Assembly: GCA_963768055.1 (NCBI GenBank)
Contig: CAVYGN010000002.1
Location: forward strand, 352,001-416,000
Length of the DNA stretch: 64,000 nucleotides
Direction of reading: 5' to 3'
Origin: an uncultured Spirochaetota bacterium
Lineage (GTDB): Bacteria > Spirochaetota > Brevinematia > Brevinematales > JAOACQ01
In this document: positions 9,326-18,729 of the stretch, piece after piece
Layout: every line of letters starts with the position of its first letter
How positions within the stretch are numbered: the stretch's first letter is position 1
Notes under the pieces: generated by a model
Databases searched by the model: none
What the model was told of the DNA's origin: nothing
The model's input: only the letters and a program-made list of their open reading frames with translations
Program-made: the position numbers and the translations under genes

Positions 9326-11905
9326 TTAATCCAGCCACTTAATTAAACCCATCTCAAACTTATGCGCTGCGCCTTCATAAAAAGGGAAAACCCTTATCGT
9401 ATACTCGTAGTTTCCACCGTCTGCAGGGTTTAAAGTCCCGTTAAAAAGGAAGCGGCCTCCGCCGAGGTCTTCTGATTGGTCCATTCTGAAAGTCAGGTTG
9501 TCTTCAAGAACATTTCCTCTATCGTCTATTTTCCTGTAATATATTTCAACAGCTATATCCTGGGGCTTTAACTGCCCCAGAAATATCGTTATGCCGATAT
9601 TGAAGCCCTTCCCCTGCAGCTCTTCCGTGGTCTCGCCCGATCTCGTCATCGAATCCTGTTCAATTCGAATCTGGTGCCATTGGGATATTACCCTGCTCTT
9701 GAAGGCAGTTACAGATCTGGCCTTTGCATAACCGTCCAATGAAAATTCCCTGCCCTGGAGTGCGGCTTTCAGATAAAACTTTTCCGTGTATTCCTTCACC
9801 ATTCTATCTGTGCTGAAATGAGGTATAACGGTCTGCATCGATTGTTTCATTTTTTTTACCCATTTGACAGGTATTCCGTCCTTGTCCCTGTCGTAATAAA
9901 GCGGAACGATGATTTTTTCAAGTTTTGAATATATATCAAGACCGTCTTCCTTATCCTGGACATCATTACTTGGATACTCCCTTTCCATTCCAATGGACCA
10001 TCCGCAGTCCGTATTAATATTATATGCTTCTCTCCACCAACCGTCAAGGACGCTGAAATTGATCACGCCGTTGATCGGGCCTTTCATACCGCTTGTACCG
10101 CTCGCTTCATAAGGCCTTCTGGGAGTATTAAGCCATACATCCACTCCCTGGATAAGGTATCTTGCAACATTCATATCATAATCTTCCAGGAAGAATATTT
10201 TGCCCTTGAATCCTTCCTGCCTTGCTATATCGAAGATCATTTTTATAAATTCCTGACCGGGCTTGTCTTTAGGGTGCGCCTTTCCCGAAAAAATAATCTG
10301 CATAGGCATATCATGATTATTAAGGATCTTTTTAATTCTTTCCATGTCCCGGAATATAAGGACTGCCCTTTTATATGTCGCAAAACGCCTGGCAAAACCT
10401 ATAGTTAAGTAATCAGGGTTGAGCAGGCTGTCGGCGTCTTCTGAAATTTCCGATATCATCACTCCGTATCTCTTCCACTCCTCGGTCGCTTTTTTCCTGA
10501 TATATTCGATCATTTTAAGTTTCAGGGCCTGGTGCGCCTTCCATAATTCCTTATCGGGAATATTCTTTATGTTTTCCCAGAATTTCTCGTCGTTCAGGCG
10601 GCTACCCCAGTCTCCGCCCAGGTGAATCCCGAACAAAATTTTCATCTCTTCAGCCATCCAGGTCCGGGTATGAACGCCGTTTGTTATATGATCGATAGGA
10701 TTTTCTTCAAAAGGAACGCCGTCCCACGTTTTTTCCCATAGTTTTCTCGACACATGGCCATGGAGCTCGCTCACTCCATTTGCCCTTCCGGCAATTTTCA
10801 ATGCGAGCATCGTCAGGCTGAAAATTTGCGATCCGCCGGGATCTATTTCCTTTCCCAGGTCAAGAAACATGTTTTCGCTGATTTTAAGCTTATCAAGAAA
10901 TGATCGAAAGTACTTGGACATTAATTGAAGAGGAAAAGCGTCATTACCTGCCGGAACGGGGGTATGGGTGGTGAATATCGTACTGGACCTGACTAATTCC
11001 AGGGCTTCTGCAAAAGAAAGGCCTTCGGAGACATACTCCCTAATCCTTTCCAATCCCATAAAAACAGAATGGCCCTCGTTCATATGCCACACTGTAGGTT
11101 TCAGGCCGAGGGCCCTCAAGGTTTTCACGCCGCCGATGCCGAGAATTATTTCCTGGGTGATCCTCATTTCCTGGTCGCCCCCGTAAAGCTGCGATGTGAA
11201 CCACCTGTCATCCGTTTTGTTTTTATCGATATTTGTATCCAGAAGGTAGACCCTTACCCTTCCGGCCTGTATATACCATATATTTGCATATACCTTTCGT
11301 CCGGGTAAATCGACGTCGACGGTAAGCTGCATGCCGCTATGGTCGTGCGCTTTATTAAGAGGAAACTGTGAAAAATCCAGGTTGTAATACACGGCTTCCT
11401 GCCACCCCTCGTTTGAAAGTTTCTGTGTAAAATAACCCTGCTTGTAAAGGAGCCCTATTCCCACGAAAGGCAGGTTTATATCGCTTGCGCTTTTCACATG
11501 GTCTCCGGCTAATATTCCAAGGCCCCCCGAATATATGGGCAGGGATTCATGTATGCCGTATTCGGCCGAGAAATAGGCTATGAGATCGTCTTTAAATTCC
11601 TGATGGGTTTCGTGAAACCAGGTGTCTGTAACGCCCAGGTAAGCGTCGAACTCTTCCATGACTTTATTATAAATATCGATGTAAGCCCTGGATTTCGAAG
11701 ATTTTTCGAGTTTCTCCTGTGTGACATAGAGAAGTAATTTCACGGGATTGTGATAAACTTTTTCCCAGAGTTCTTCATCAAGAGACTGGTATATTTTCAA
11801 CGCGGAAGGGTTCCAGGACCACCACAGGTTATAAGCAAGTTCTTTAATCCTTTCTATATTTGATGGAATTTCAGGGTTGATCTTCACCATTCCGGCATAA
11901 TTCAT
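9326..11905 (-). CDS. glgP: Alpha-glucan (glycogen/maltodextrin) phosphorylase
   Basis: LAYNLWWSW, YSGGLGILAGDH, HMNEGH, FARRFATYKRA and the PLP-lysine motif EASGTSGMK. Confidence 0.97.
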   Translation of the reverse strand: MNYAGMVKINPEIPSNIERIKELAYNLWWSWNPSALKIYQSLDEELWEKVYHNPVKLLLYVTQEKLEKSSKSRAYIDIYNKVMEEFDAYLGVTDTWFHETHQEFKDDLIAYFSAEYGIHESLPIYSGGLGILAGDHVKSASDINLPFVGIGLLYKQGYFTQKLSNEGWQEAVYYNLDFSQFPLNKAHDHSGMQLTVDVDLPGRKVYANIWYIQAGRVRVYLLDTNIDKNKTDDRWFTSQLYGGDQEMRITQEIILGIGGVKTLRALGLKPTVWHMNEGHSVFMGLERIREYVSEGLSFAEALELVRSSTIFTTHTPVPAGNDAFPLQLMSKYFRSFLDKLKISENMFLDLGKEIDPGGSQIFSLTMLALKIAGRANGVSELHGHVSRKLWEKTWDGVPFEENPIDHITNGVHTRTWMAEEMKILFGIHLGGDWGSRLNDEKFWENIKNIPDKELWKAHQALKLKMIEYIRKKATEEWKRYGVMISEISEDADSLLNPDYLTIGFARRFATYKRAVLIFRDMERIKKILNNHDMPMQIIFSGKAHPKDKPGQEFIKMIFDIARQEGFKGKIFFLEDYDMNVARYLIQGVDVWLNTPRRPYEASGTSGMKGPINGVINFSVLDGWWREAYNINTDCGWSIGMEREYPSNDVQDKEDGLDIYSKLEKIIVPLYYDRDKDGIPVKWVKKMKQSMQTVIPHFSTDRMVKEYTEKFYLKAALQGREFSLDGYAKARSVTAFKSRVISQWHQIRIEQDSMTRSGETTEELQGKGFNIGITIFLGQLKPQDIAVEIYYRKIDDRGNVLEDNLTFRMDQSEDLGGGRFLFNGTLNPADGGNYEYTIRVFPFYEGAAHKFEMGLIKWLD

Positions 11906-12110
11906 AAAAAAACGTCCCGTGTTTAAAAAGAATTTTTAACTTATAAACACTTAATTAATTACACAATATAATATTATAGAATAATACAGTCTTTTTTCAA
12001 TATAATACCGCGTGTTATTGTAAACTAAAACACCGGTTAAATCAATATTATCAGTTTAAACAGCATTCAAACTCCTTTATGATACTAATTTTTAACATTG
12101 AGGAGGCATG

Positions 12111-12154
12111 ACGCTCGAAATGACATTACTGCCATCGAAAAAAGGTCATTTCGA
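12111..12154. repeat. REP-like repeat family A, two outward-facing half sites
   Basis: ACGCTCGAAATGACA followed about 20 nt later by GTCATTTCGA. Confidence 0.6.
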
Positions 12155-12173
12155 AAACCCCGGTATATTTACA

Positions 12174-12446
12174 GCCGAATTTAAATTGATATATTGATGT
12201 TATAAAACAAATTTTATTGCGCGTTGTCGAAGTAAGCGTAGTAGTTGCCGTTGAAAAACGGCGAAAGCAAGCGCTTATTTGAGCCGCTCATAGTATTTAA
12301 ACTATTTCATATAGATAAAATAATTTTTTATTAAAAAAGGCATTCAATCAGTGCTTGCCGACGTTTTGAAACGCCGCAACTCAAGCTTACGAGTACAGCA
12401 CAATAAAATTTGATTTCATAAAATATCGATATATTGTTTAATCGGC
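12174..12446. repeat. Long imperfect inverted repeat (~110-nt arms, ~53-nt AT-rich spacer)
   Basis: Arm 12174-12285 aligns colinearly with the reverse complement of 12339-12446, sharing the blocks GCCGA, ATATAT.GAT, CAAATTTTATTG, GTAAGC, AGTTGC, AAAACG and GCAAGC. Confidence 0.8.
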
Positions 12447-12462
12447 CCCCCTTGATTAATCC

Positions 12463-12488
12463 TGTTATATTTATTAATTTATATAACA
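12463..12488. promoter_or_regulatory. Palindromic candidate operator in front of pncB
   Basis: TGTTATAT-tt-ATTAAT-tt-ATATAACA, between a TTGATT -35-like hexamer (12452) and the GGAGG SD. Confidence 0.4.
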
Positions 12489-12501
12489 AACCGGAGGCCT
12501 T

Positions 12502-13986
12502 ATGGATTTCAAAACCCTGGCTTATAATCAATCGCTGACACTTCTTACCGATTTTTATCAGATGACCATGTCCTACGCTTACTGGAAGAGCGGTACATAC
12601 AATAAAGAATCTGTTTTTCACCTGTTTTTCAGGAAAAATCCCTTCGGCGGCGGTTTTACGATAGCCGCCGGCCTGGAGTATGTGGCTGATTTCCTTGAAA
12701 ATTTCTATTTTGACAAATCCGATCTTGAATATGTATCGTCTTTAAAAGGGAACAACGGCAAACCGATTTTCGAGGAAGATTTTATAGATTATCTCATGAA
12801 TTTCCGTTTTGAATGCGATGTCGACGCCCTGCCCGAAGGCAGCGTTGTTTTCCCTAACGAACCGATCATTCGTACGCGGGGCCCCATCATTCAATGCCAG
12901 CTCCTGGAAACTATTTTTCTTAATATAATTAATTTTCAGACCCTTGTGGCAACCAAAGCGGCCAGGATCGTTCTTGCGGCTAAAGGCGATCCTGTTATCG
13001 AATTCGGACTGAGGAGAGCGCAGGGAGTTGACGGAGCCCTGGCGGCCAGCAGGGCGGCTTATATAGGAGGCTGTGCCGCAACTTCAAACATGATGGCTGG
13101 AAAGCTGCTTGGCATCCCTGTGAGGGGGACTCATGCCCATAGCTGGGTAATGTCGTTTGACGATGAAGAAGAGTCTTTCATGGAATACGCCAAAGCTCTT
13201 CCAAACAACTGTATCTTCCTGGTTGACACGTATAACAGCCTTGAAGGCGTAAGAAAGGCCGTTAAAGCCGGCTTCTGGCTAAGGGAGCACGGTTCTGAAA
13301 TGATAGGGATAAGGCTTGATTCAGGCGATCTCGCTTACCTTTCGATAGAGGCAAGAAAAATACTCGATGAGAACGGTTTTAATAATGCAAAGATTTTAGC
13401 CTCGAACCAGCTTGATGAGAATATAATAACAAGCCTGAAAGACCAGGGGGCCAGGATCGATATATGGGGCGTAGGAACGAAACTTGTGACCGCTTATGAC
13501 GAACCCGCTCTTGACGGCGTATACAAATTATCCGCTGTCAGGGAGCCTGATAAGGATTGGAAGTTTAAGATCAAGCTGTCAGAACAGGCGATTAAGACCA
13601 CCAATCCGGGCATCCTTCAGACCCGGCGTTTTGAAAACGGAGGGGAATACATTGCCGACTGTATTTATGATATAAATTCGGACCTCGGAGACCGCTGTGA
13701 AATAGTCGACCCGCAGGACCATACGAGAAGAAAGGCAATTGAAAAAAATACCGGATTTACAGACCTGCTTCAGCCGGTTTTCAGAAAGGGCTTAAGAGTA
13801 TATCCCAAAATCGATATCAATACTATCCGGAATAACACGCAGGCGAATCTTATAAAGTTCCATCCTGGTATTAAAAGGTTCATCAATCCTCACAGGTATC
13901 CGGTCGGCCTTGAAAAATCCCTTTTCGATATCAGGACTGCCATGATCCTATCCAACAGGAGGGGGCTTAAAGGAGGTAAATTATGA
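12502..13986 (+). CDS. pncB: Nicotinate phosphoribosyltransferase
   Basis: LLTDFYQMTM, EFGLRRAQG, GTHAHSW, LVDTY, GIRLDSGDL and GVYKL motifs. Confidence 0.97.
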   Translation: MDFKTLAYNQSLTLLTDFYQMTMSYAYWKSGTYNKESVFHLFFRKNPFGGGFTIAAGLEYVADFLENFYFDKSDLEYVSSLKGNNGKPIFEEDFIDYLMNFRFECDVDALPEGSVVFPNEPIIRTRGPIIQCQLLETIFLNIINFQTLVATKAARIVLAAKGDPVIEFGLRRAQGVDGALAASRAAYIGGCAATSNMMAGKLLGIPVRGTHAHSWVMSFDDEEESFMEYAKALPNNCIFLVDTYNSLEGVRKAVKAGFWLREHGSEMIGIRLDSGDLAYLSIEARKILDENGFNNAKILASNQLDENIITSLKDQGARIDIWGVGTKLVTAYDEPALDGVYKLSAVREPDKDWKFKIKLSEQAIKTTNPGILQTRRFENGGEYIADCIYDINSDLGDRCEIVDPQDHTRRKAIEKNTGFTDLLQPVFRKGLRVYPKIDINTIRNNTQANLIKFHPGIKRFINPHRYPVGLEKSLFDIRTAMILSNRRGLKGGKL

Positions 13987-14600
13987 AAGCTTTTCTAATC
14001 ATCGACGTGCAGAATGATTTTTGCCAGGGGGGTTCTCTGGCCGTTAAAGACGGCGAACAGGTAGTGCCTGTCATTAACAGGTTGCAGGAAAAATTCGACC
14101 TTATTCTGGCTACGCAGGACTGGCATCCAAGGGAACATGGCAGTTTTGCCAGCATGATAGGAAAACCTGTTTATGAAAAAATAAAGCTGTCGGGCCTGGA
14201 TCAGACCCTCTGGCCCGATCATTGTGTTCAGGGAACGAACGGCGCCGAATTCCATCCGGATCTCAAAAAGGATAAAATAGAAAAAGTTTTCAAGAAAGGT
14301 ACTGACAAAAACATAGACAGTTACAGCGGATTTTTCGATAACGGCCATAAAAAATCCACCGGGCTCGGCGATTATCTTAAATCAAAGGGGGTAAGCGAGG
14401 TTTATATAGCCGGCCTTGCAACCGATTACTGCGTAAAATACACTGCCCTGGATTCACGTTCCCTGGGTTTCGAGACTTATGTGATAGAGGACGCCTGCAA
14501 GGCGGTAAATATATCGCCGGATGATTCTGTAAAAGCCCTGGAAGAAATGAAAAGGGTCGGCGTCAAGCTTATAAATTCGAATGAATTACTGCCAGCCTAG
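13983..14600 (+). CDS. pncA: Nicotinamidase/pyrazinamidase
   Basis: IDVQNDF, TQDWH, WPDHCV, DSYSGF and GLATDYCV; ATGA overlap with pncB. Confidence 0.97.
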   Translation: MKAFLIIDVQNDFCQGGSLAVKDGEQVVPVINRLQEKFDLILATQDWHPREHGSFASMIGKPVYEKIKLSGLDQTLWPDHCVQGTNGAEFHPDLKKDKIEKVFKKGTDKNIDSYSGFFDNGHKKSTGLGDYLKSKGVSEVYIAGLATDYCVKYTALDSRSLGFETYVIEDACKAVNISPDDSVKALEEMKRVGVKLINSNELLPA

Positions 14601-15616
14601 AATAAAAGCCAGATCAATATGATAATAACGATAAAGGCTGTGATCCCGATCAGTATGAAAATGATATTCATCGAACCGGCGCCCTTTTTTTTCTCTTCTT
14701 TGGGCTGGGGGGGCGCGGCAGGCTGCATAAAGCCCGCTTCTTCAACCGGGCTTTTTTTCTTTCTTTTATCATCCGCGGGATCGTATTTTTTTACCTTAAC
14801 CGTGTCCTCGTCGAGCGATTTTCCGTAAATGCCGGGCCCGACGCTTACAAGGACGGTATATATCTTACCTTCCTTTGTCATCTTGACAACTGTGGCCGGT
14901 ATGGGGATGATCTCGTTATTTTCCGAGGCATTCAGAAGATCGATAAAGTATTGGCCCCTGCTGGTCTGTTCGGTTATTTTTATAAAGATCTTGTCGCCTT
15001 CTTTAAGGTCATAGAGGGGTATCCCTGAAATAGGGGAGAGGATTAACGAAACCTCGAGAATTACTGCCGATTCTTCAAGGGTCGGCATCGAACTCGGAAG
15101 GGGCTGGCCTTCTTTATCCGGAGTAGAAAGCATTTCCTTGGCTTCCCTTTCGTTGCGATATTTTTTAGCTTCCTCAACCTCGCTCTTCAAAATATTTTCA
15201 ACAGCGATTTCGCATTTTACCGCCTTATCAGTCGTCGGCCGCGCAAGGACCTCGTCAAAAATATCGCTTACCTTGCTTATCTGAGCTTTTTTTACATTAG
15301 ACCAGATATCCTGGGTCCTTCCGGTGCCGGCCTGGAAAATATCGTCAAAACTCGCCTGAATATCATGCGTCAGACTTGTAGCATATTCTCCCTTCCATTT
15401 CAGCTTTGCAATGATTTCTTCGAATTCATGCCAGGGCATATTAACATTATTTTCATATAAGGTGCTGAAATGAGATGAAACTATGTCGTATTTTTCTACG
15501 TTTTTGGTCACGTTATCAAGAAAGATAATAAACACGCCGAAGGAACTTGTAGCGGGAGCCCTGAATCTCCCTTTTATCACTATAAAGGTGTTTTCCATTC
15601 TTATTTCCGGATTCAT
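14597..15616 (-). CDS. Hypothetical protein with a C-terminal transmembrane anchor
   Basis: 339-aa ORF with a GAGG SD; ends in a hydrophobic helix after a Lys/Pro-rich linker. Confidence 0.75.
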   Translation of the reverse strand: MNPEIRMENTFIVIKGRFRAPATSSFGVFIIFLDNVTKNVEKYDIVSSHFSTLYENNVNMPWHEFEEIIAKLKWKGEYATSLTHDIQASFDDIFQAGTGRTQDIWSNVKKAQISKVSDIFDEVLARPTTDKAVKCEIAVENILKSEVEEAKKYRNEREAKEMLSTPDKEGQPLPSSMPTLEESAVILEVSLILSPISGIPLYDLKEGDKIFIKITEQTSRGQYFIDLLNASENNEIIPIPATVVKMTKEGKIYTVLVSVGPGIYGKSLDEDTVKVKKYDPADDKRKKKSPVEEAGFMQPAAPPQPKEEKKKGAGSMNIIFILIGITAFIVIIILIWLLF

Positions 15617-15795
15617 AACAACCTCAACTCAAATCGGACCTGTTTTTTAACTCGAAGCATAATTATAATTATTAATGTTTGAAACAGCAATTTTTGCTTC
15701 TATTACTGCTGCTTCATATGCTTTATATTTACTTAAATAGTAATATTCTTTATAATCTTTGGTAATGATATCGGAAAGGACAGGTATTATCTTGA

Positions 15796-17079
15796 ATGGA
15801 CATCATATTATATCTTTCATCAAAATATTTGAAATTCAAGGCAAGCGACAGGGGCTTATCCGTCATATCAGTAATTGCTTTACTAACTATCGTAATCAGT
15901 TGCGCCGCCGCTATAGTTATTCTATCCGCGGCTAACGGCATCCATGACAACTTTATGCAGAAACTCATGGCAAGGGATTTTCATGCGGAAATTATCGGGC
16001 CCGGGCGGGGGATTCCGAATTATGAAAATATCATAAAAAACCTGCTTAAAATAAAAGGGGTCACGGAAGTTTTCCCATATTTTGAAAAACAGGTACTTTT
16101 TAAAGGCGATTACAGCCCATGGGGCGCAATGGTCGAAGGCATGCCTGTTGACATTTACACGAAAGACACGGATTTCAGCAAGCAATTTAAACTCAACGAG
16201 GGTGATTATTCCTTCAGGAGGAGTAAATCTGTCGGAATCGGCTATAATCTTGCCATAAACCTTGGCGTCGGGATAGGAGACACGGTCGGAATGATGGTTT
16301 ACGGCGACGATTTCATCCCTGTCGAATACCGTTTCAGGATCGCTTCGGTTTTTACAGCAGGCCAGAAAGATTTTGATTCGTCCCTGGCTTTTATCTCATT
16401 TGACGACGCCCGGGAGATTTTCAATGCGGGCAATTATGTTAACGGGATCAGGCTGAAAGTCGCAGACCCGTACAACATCGAAAAATACATGCCCCAGCTG
16501 AGAAAAACCGCCCCATACTACGTTTATAGCTGGAAAGATCTGCACCACAACGATCTGGCAGCGCTTCAGGACGAAAAAATGCTCATCAATATTATTCTTT
16601 TCTTCTTTTTCTTCGTAGTAGCTTTCAATATTTTAAGCACAATGATCGCTATGGTAATCGATAAGAAGGAGGAAATAGGAATTTTAAAAGCGATGGGTTT
16701 AAAGCCCAGCGGAACGCTCCAGGTCTTCCTGTTCGACGGATTTCTCCTTGGAGTCGGGGGCAGCCTGGTAGGCATTATAGCGGGGCTTTTAGTCACCGTC
16801 ACACTGAATGATATATTAAAGCTGATTGAAATTGTAATAAATTTTATAACATCGTCCGGCTATTCTCTTGCCAGGCTGATTAAACCGGTCGAACCGCCGG
16901 TCGAGTTCCAATTTTTTAATTCGAATGTTTACTATATTGATAAATTCCCGATAAAGATACTCTTCGGAGACATTATTTTTGTCATGCTTCTATCGGTAAC
17001 CTTATCGACGATAGCGGTAATAATGCCGGCCATGAACGCTTCAAGATTCAGGCCTGTCGAGGTGCTGAGAAATGACTAG
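15796..17079 (+). CDS. lolE: Lipoprotein-releasing ABC transporter permease (LolC/E family)
   Basis: FtsX-type topology, FNILSTMIAMVIDKKEEIGILKAMG and C-terminal ASRFRPVEVLRND; adjacent to lolD. Confidence 0.88.
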   Translation: MDIILYLSSKYLKFKASDRGLSVISVIALLTIVISCAAAIVILSAANGIHDNFMQKLMARDFHAEIIGPGRGIPNYENIIKNLLKIKGVTEVFPYFEKQVLFKGDYSPWGAMVEGMPVDIYTKDTDFSKQFKLNEGDYSFRRSKSVGIGYNLAINLGVGIGDTVGMMVYGDDFIPVEYRFRIASVFTAGQKDFDSSLAFISFDDAREIFNAGNYVNGIRLKVADPYNIEKYMPQLRKTAPYYVYSWKDLHHNDLAALQDEKMLINIILFFFFFVVAFNILSTMIAMVIDKKEEIGILKAMGLKPSGTLQVFLFDGFLLGVGGSLVGIIAGLLVTVTLNDILKLIEIVINFITSSGYSLARLIKPVEPPVEFQFFNSNVYYIDKFPIKILFGDIIFVMLLSVTLSTIAVIMPAMNASRFRPVEVLRND

Positions 17080-17734
17080 GACCATCATCGCCGCAAAGAA
17101 CATAACCAAGATATACAGGACATTATTTGATAATATTACTGTTTTTGAAAATATGAACATCGAAATTATGGAAGGTTCGGCCATCGCGATTATAGGCCAG
17201 AGCGGACGCGGAAAAACCACTATGCTCAATATTTTAAGCGGGCTTGACAGTCCGACCTCCGGGGAAGTAATATTCAATAACAGCAGGATTGATAACATCG
17301 ATGAGGAAAGATTATCCGAATTCAGGAATAAAAATGTAGGTTTTATTTTTCAGCACCATTATTTACTTGAGGATTTCTCGGCACTGGATAACATACTTAT
17401 CCCGCTCAGGATCAAGGGCGTCAACATTGATGAAAGGGTTAAGACATATGCAAGGGACCTTCTGGACAGCGTCGGGCTTCTCAACAGGCAGAACCATTAT
17501 CCAGACCAGCTCAGCGGGGGCGAAAGGCAGAGGGTCGCAATTGTCAGGGCTTTGATCCATGAACCTCTCGTTGTTTTTGCAGACGAACCGACAGGAAGCC
17601 TGGACAAGCGGAACGCGGAAAATATCGAAGGCCTTCTTTGGGACCTGAAGGGGAAATTCAACAAGACTTTTATTATAGCGACCCATAACATGGAAATAGC
17701 CGCCAAATGCGACAGGGTCATAGATCTGGGATAA
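17072..17734 (+). CDS. lolD: Lipoprotein-releasing ABC transporter ATP-binding protein
   Basis: GQSGRGKT, GFIFQHHYLL, LSGGERQRVAI and DEPTGSLD. Confidence 0.9.
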   Translation: MTRTIIAAKNITKIYRTLFDNITVFENMNIEIMEGSAIAIIGQSGRGKTTMLNILSGLDSPTSGEVIFNNSRIDNIDEERLSEFRNKNVGFIFQHHYLLEDFSALDNILIPLRIKGVNIDERVKTYARDLLDSVGLLNRQNHYPDQLSGGERQRVAIVRALIHEPLVVFADEPTGSLDKRNAENIEGLLWDLKGKFNKTFIIATHNMEIAAKCDRVIDLG

Positions 17735-17759
17735 TTGATCTAATCGTAAGAAGGGGGAG

Positions 17760-18641
17760 ATGGAAATGGGCAATTTTGTTTATGTCAACGGGAAAATCGT
17801 TGAAAGTGAAAAGGCCTCTATATCGGTATTCGATCATGGCCTCTTATATGGGGATGGCGTTTTCGAAGGGATCCGCGCTTACAGCGGTAAAATCTTCAAA
17901 CTGGATGAGCACATCGGTAGGCTCTATAATTCCGCGAAAATTATCATGCTTACGATACCTGTCTCAATGGATGATTTTAAAAAAGCAGTGATCGGTATCT
18001 GCAAGGCCAATAAAATCAGCGACGGATATATCAGGCCGATCGTAACAAGGGGAATAGGCGACCTGGGGCTTGATCCCTGGAAATGTAAAGACCCTTCGAT
18101 AATAATAATAGCCGATAAAATTCAATTATATCCCAAGGAGCTTTATGAAAAGGGAATGCCTGTCGTAACCGTGCCTACCAGGAGAAACTTAAACGAAGCG
18201 GTAAGCCCCATGATTAAATCACTGAATTATCTGAACAATATTATGGCAAAGATCGAGGGTAAAAACTCCGGGGTTGAGGAAGTTATTTTACTGAACAACG
18301 AAGGCTATGTCGCGGAATGTTCCGGGGACAATATATATATGGTAAAGCAGGGTAAAATTTACATGCCCCCCATCGTAGCGGGAGCCCTGCCCGGAATTAC
18401 CAGGGACACTATAGCCGAAATAGCCATGGATTCGGGGCTATCATTAATCGAAAAATTCTTTTCAAGGATGGAGATGTTTGTCGCCGACGAGGTTTTCCTG
18501 AGCGGAACCGGGGCTGAAATCGTTCCGGTGATAATGATCGACGGGAGAACGATAGGTGACGGCAAACCCGGCCCGCTCACCAGGGACCTTGTGAAAAAAT
18601 TCAAAGTCAGGGTCCAGTCAGAAGGGACTCCTATATTGTAA
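17760..18641 (+). CDS. ilvE: Branched-chain amino acid aminotransferase (class IV)
   Basis: DHGLLYGDGVFEGIRAY, IKSLNYLNN (PLP Lys), ECSGDN, LPGITR and GTGAEIVP. Confidence 0.95.
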   Translation: MEMGNFVYVNGKIVESEKASISVFDHGLLYGDGVFEGIRAYSGKIFKLDEHIGRLYNSAKIIMLTIPVSMDDFKKAVIGICKANKISDGYIRPIVTRGIGDLGLDPWKCKDPSIIIIADKIQLYPKELYEKGMPVVTVPTRRNLNEAVSPMIKSLNYLNNIMAKIEGKNSGVEEVILLNNEGYVAECSGDNIYMVKQGKIYMPPIVAGALPGITRDTIAEIAMDSGLSLIEKFFSRMEMFVADEVFLSGTGAEIVPVIMIDGRTIGDGKPGPLTRDLVKKFKVRVQSEGTPIL

Positions 18642-18668
18642 CCCCGGTTTAATAGTTATAAAATTCAC

Positions 18669-18696
18669 TTGATTTTTCTAAAAAAATGTGTATAAT
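18669..18696 (+). promoter_or_regulatory. Sigma70-type promoter of the outer-membrane protein gene
   Basis: TTGATT-16 nt-TATAAT with TGTG before the -10; AAGGAGG SD downstream. Confidence 0.55.
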
Positions 18697-18729
18697 TCTC
18701 TTTAAGTAGCTCAAGTAAAGGAGGGTCCT

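Noticed and set aside
12108..12197. Possible 29-codon leader peptide (MTLEMTLLPSKKGHFENPGIFTAEFKLIY) behind GAGGAGG, ending inside the long hairpin
   Set aside because: The SD is only 1 nt from the first ATG and about 13 nt from the second, and both ATGs lie in or next to repeat-derived sequence. It cannot be supported without ribosome profiling.
12174..12446. Reading the long hairpin as 6S RNA, tRNA, an attC site or a CRISPR array
   Set aside because: It has no central-bubble architecture, cloverleaf, RYYYAAC/GTTRRRY ends or regularly spaced direct repeats.
12331..12621. 96-aa minus-strand ORF
   Set aside because: It is antisense to the pncB start and promoter and has no motif.
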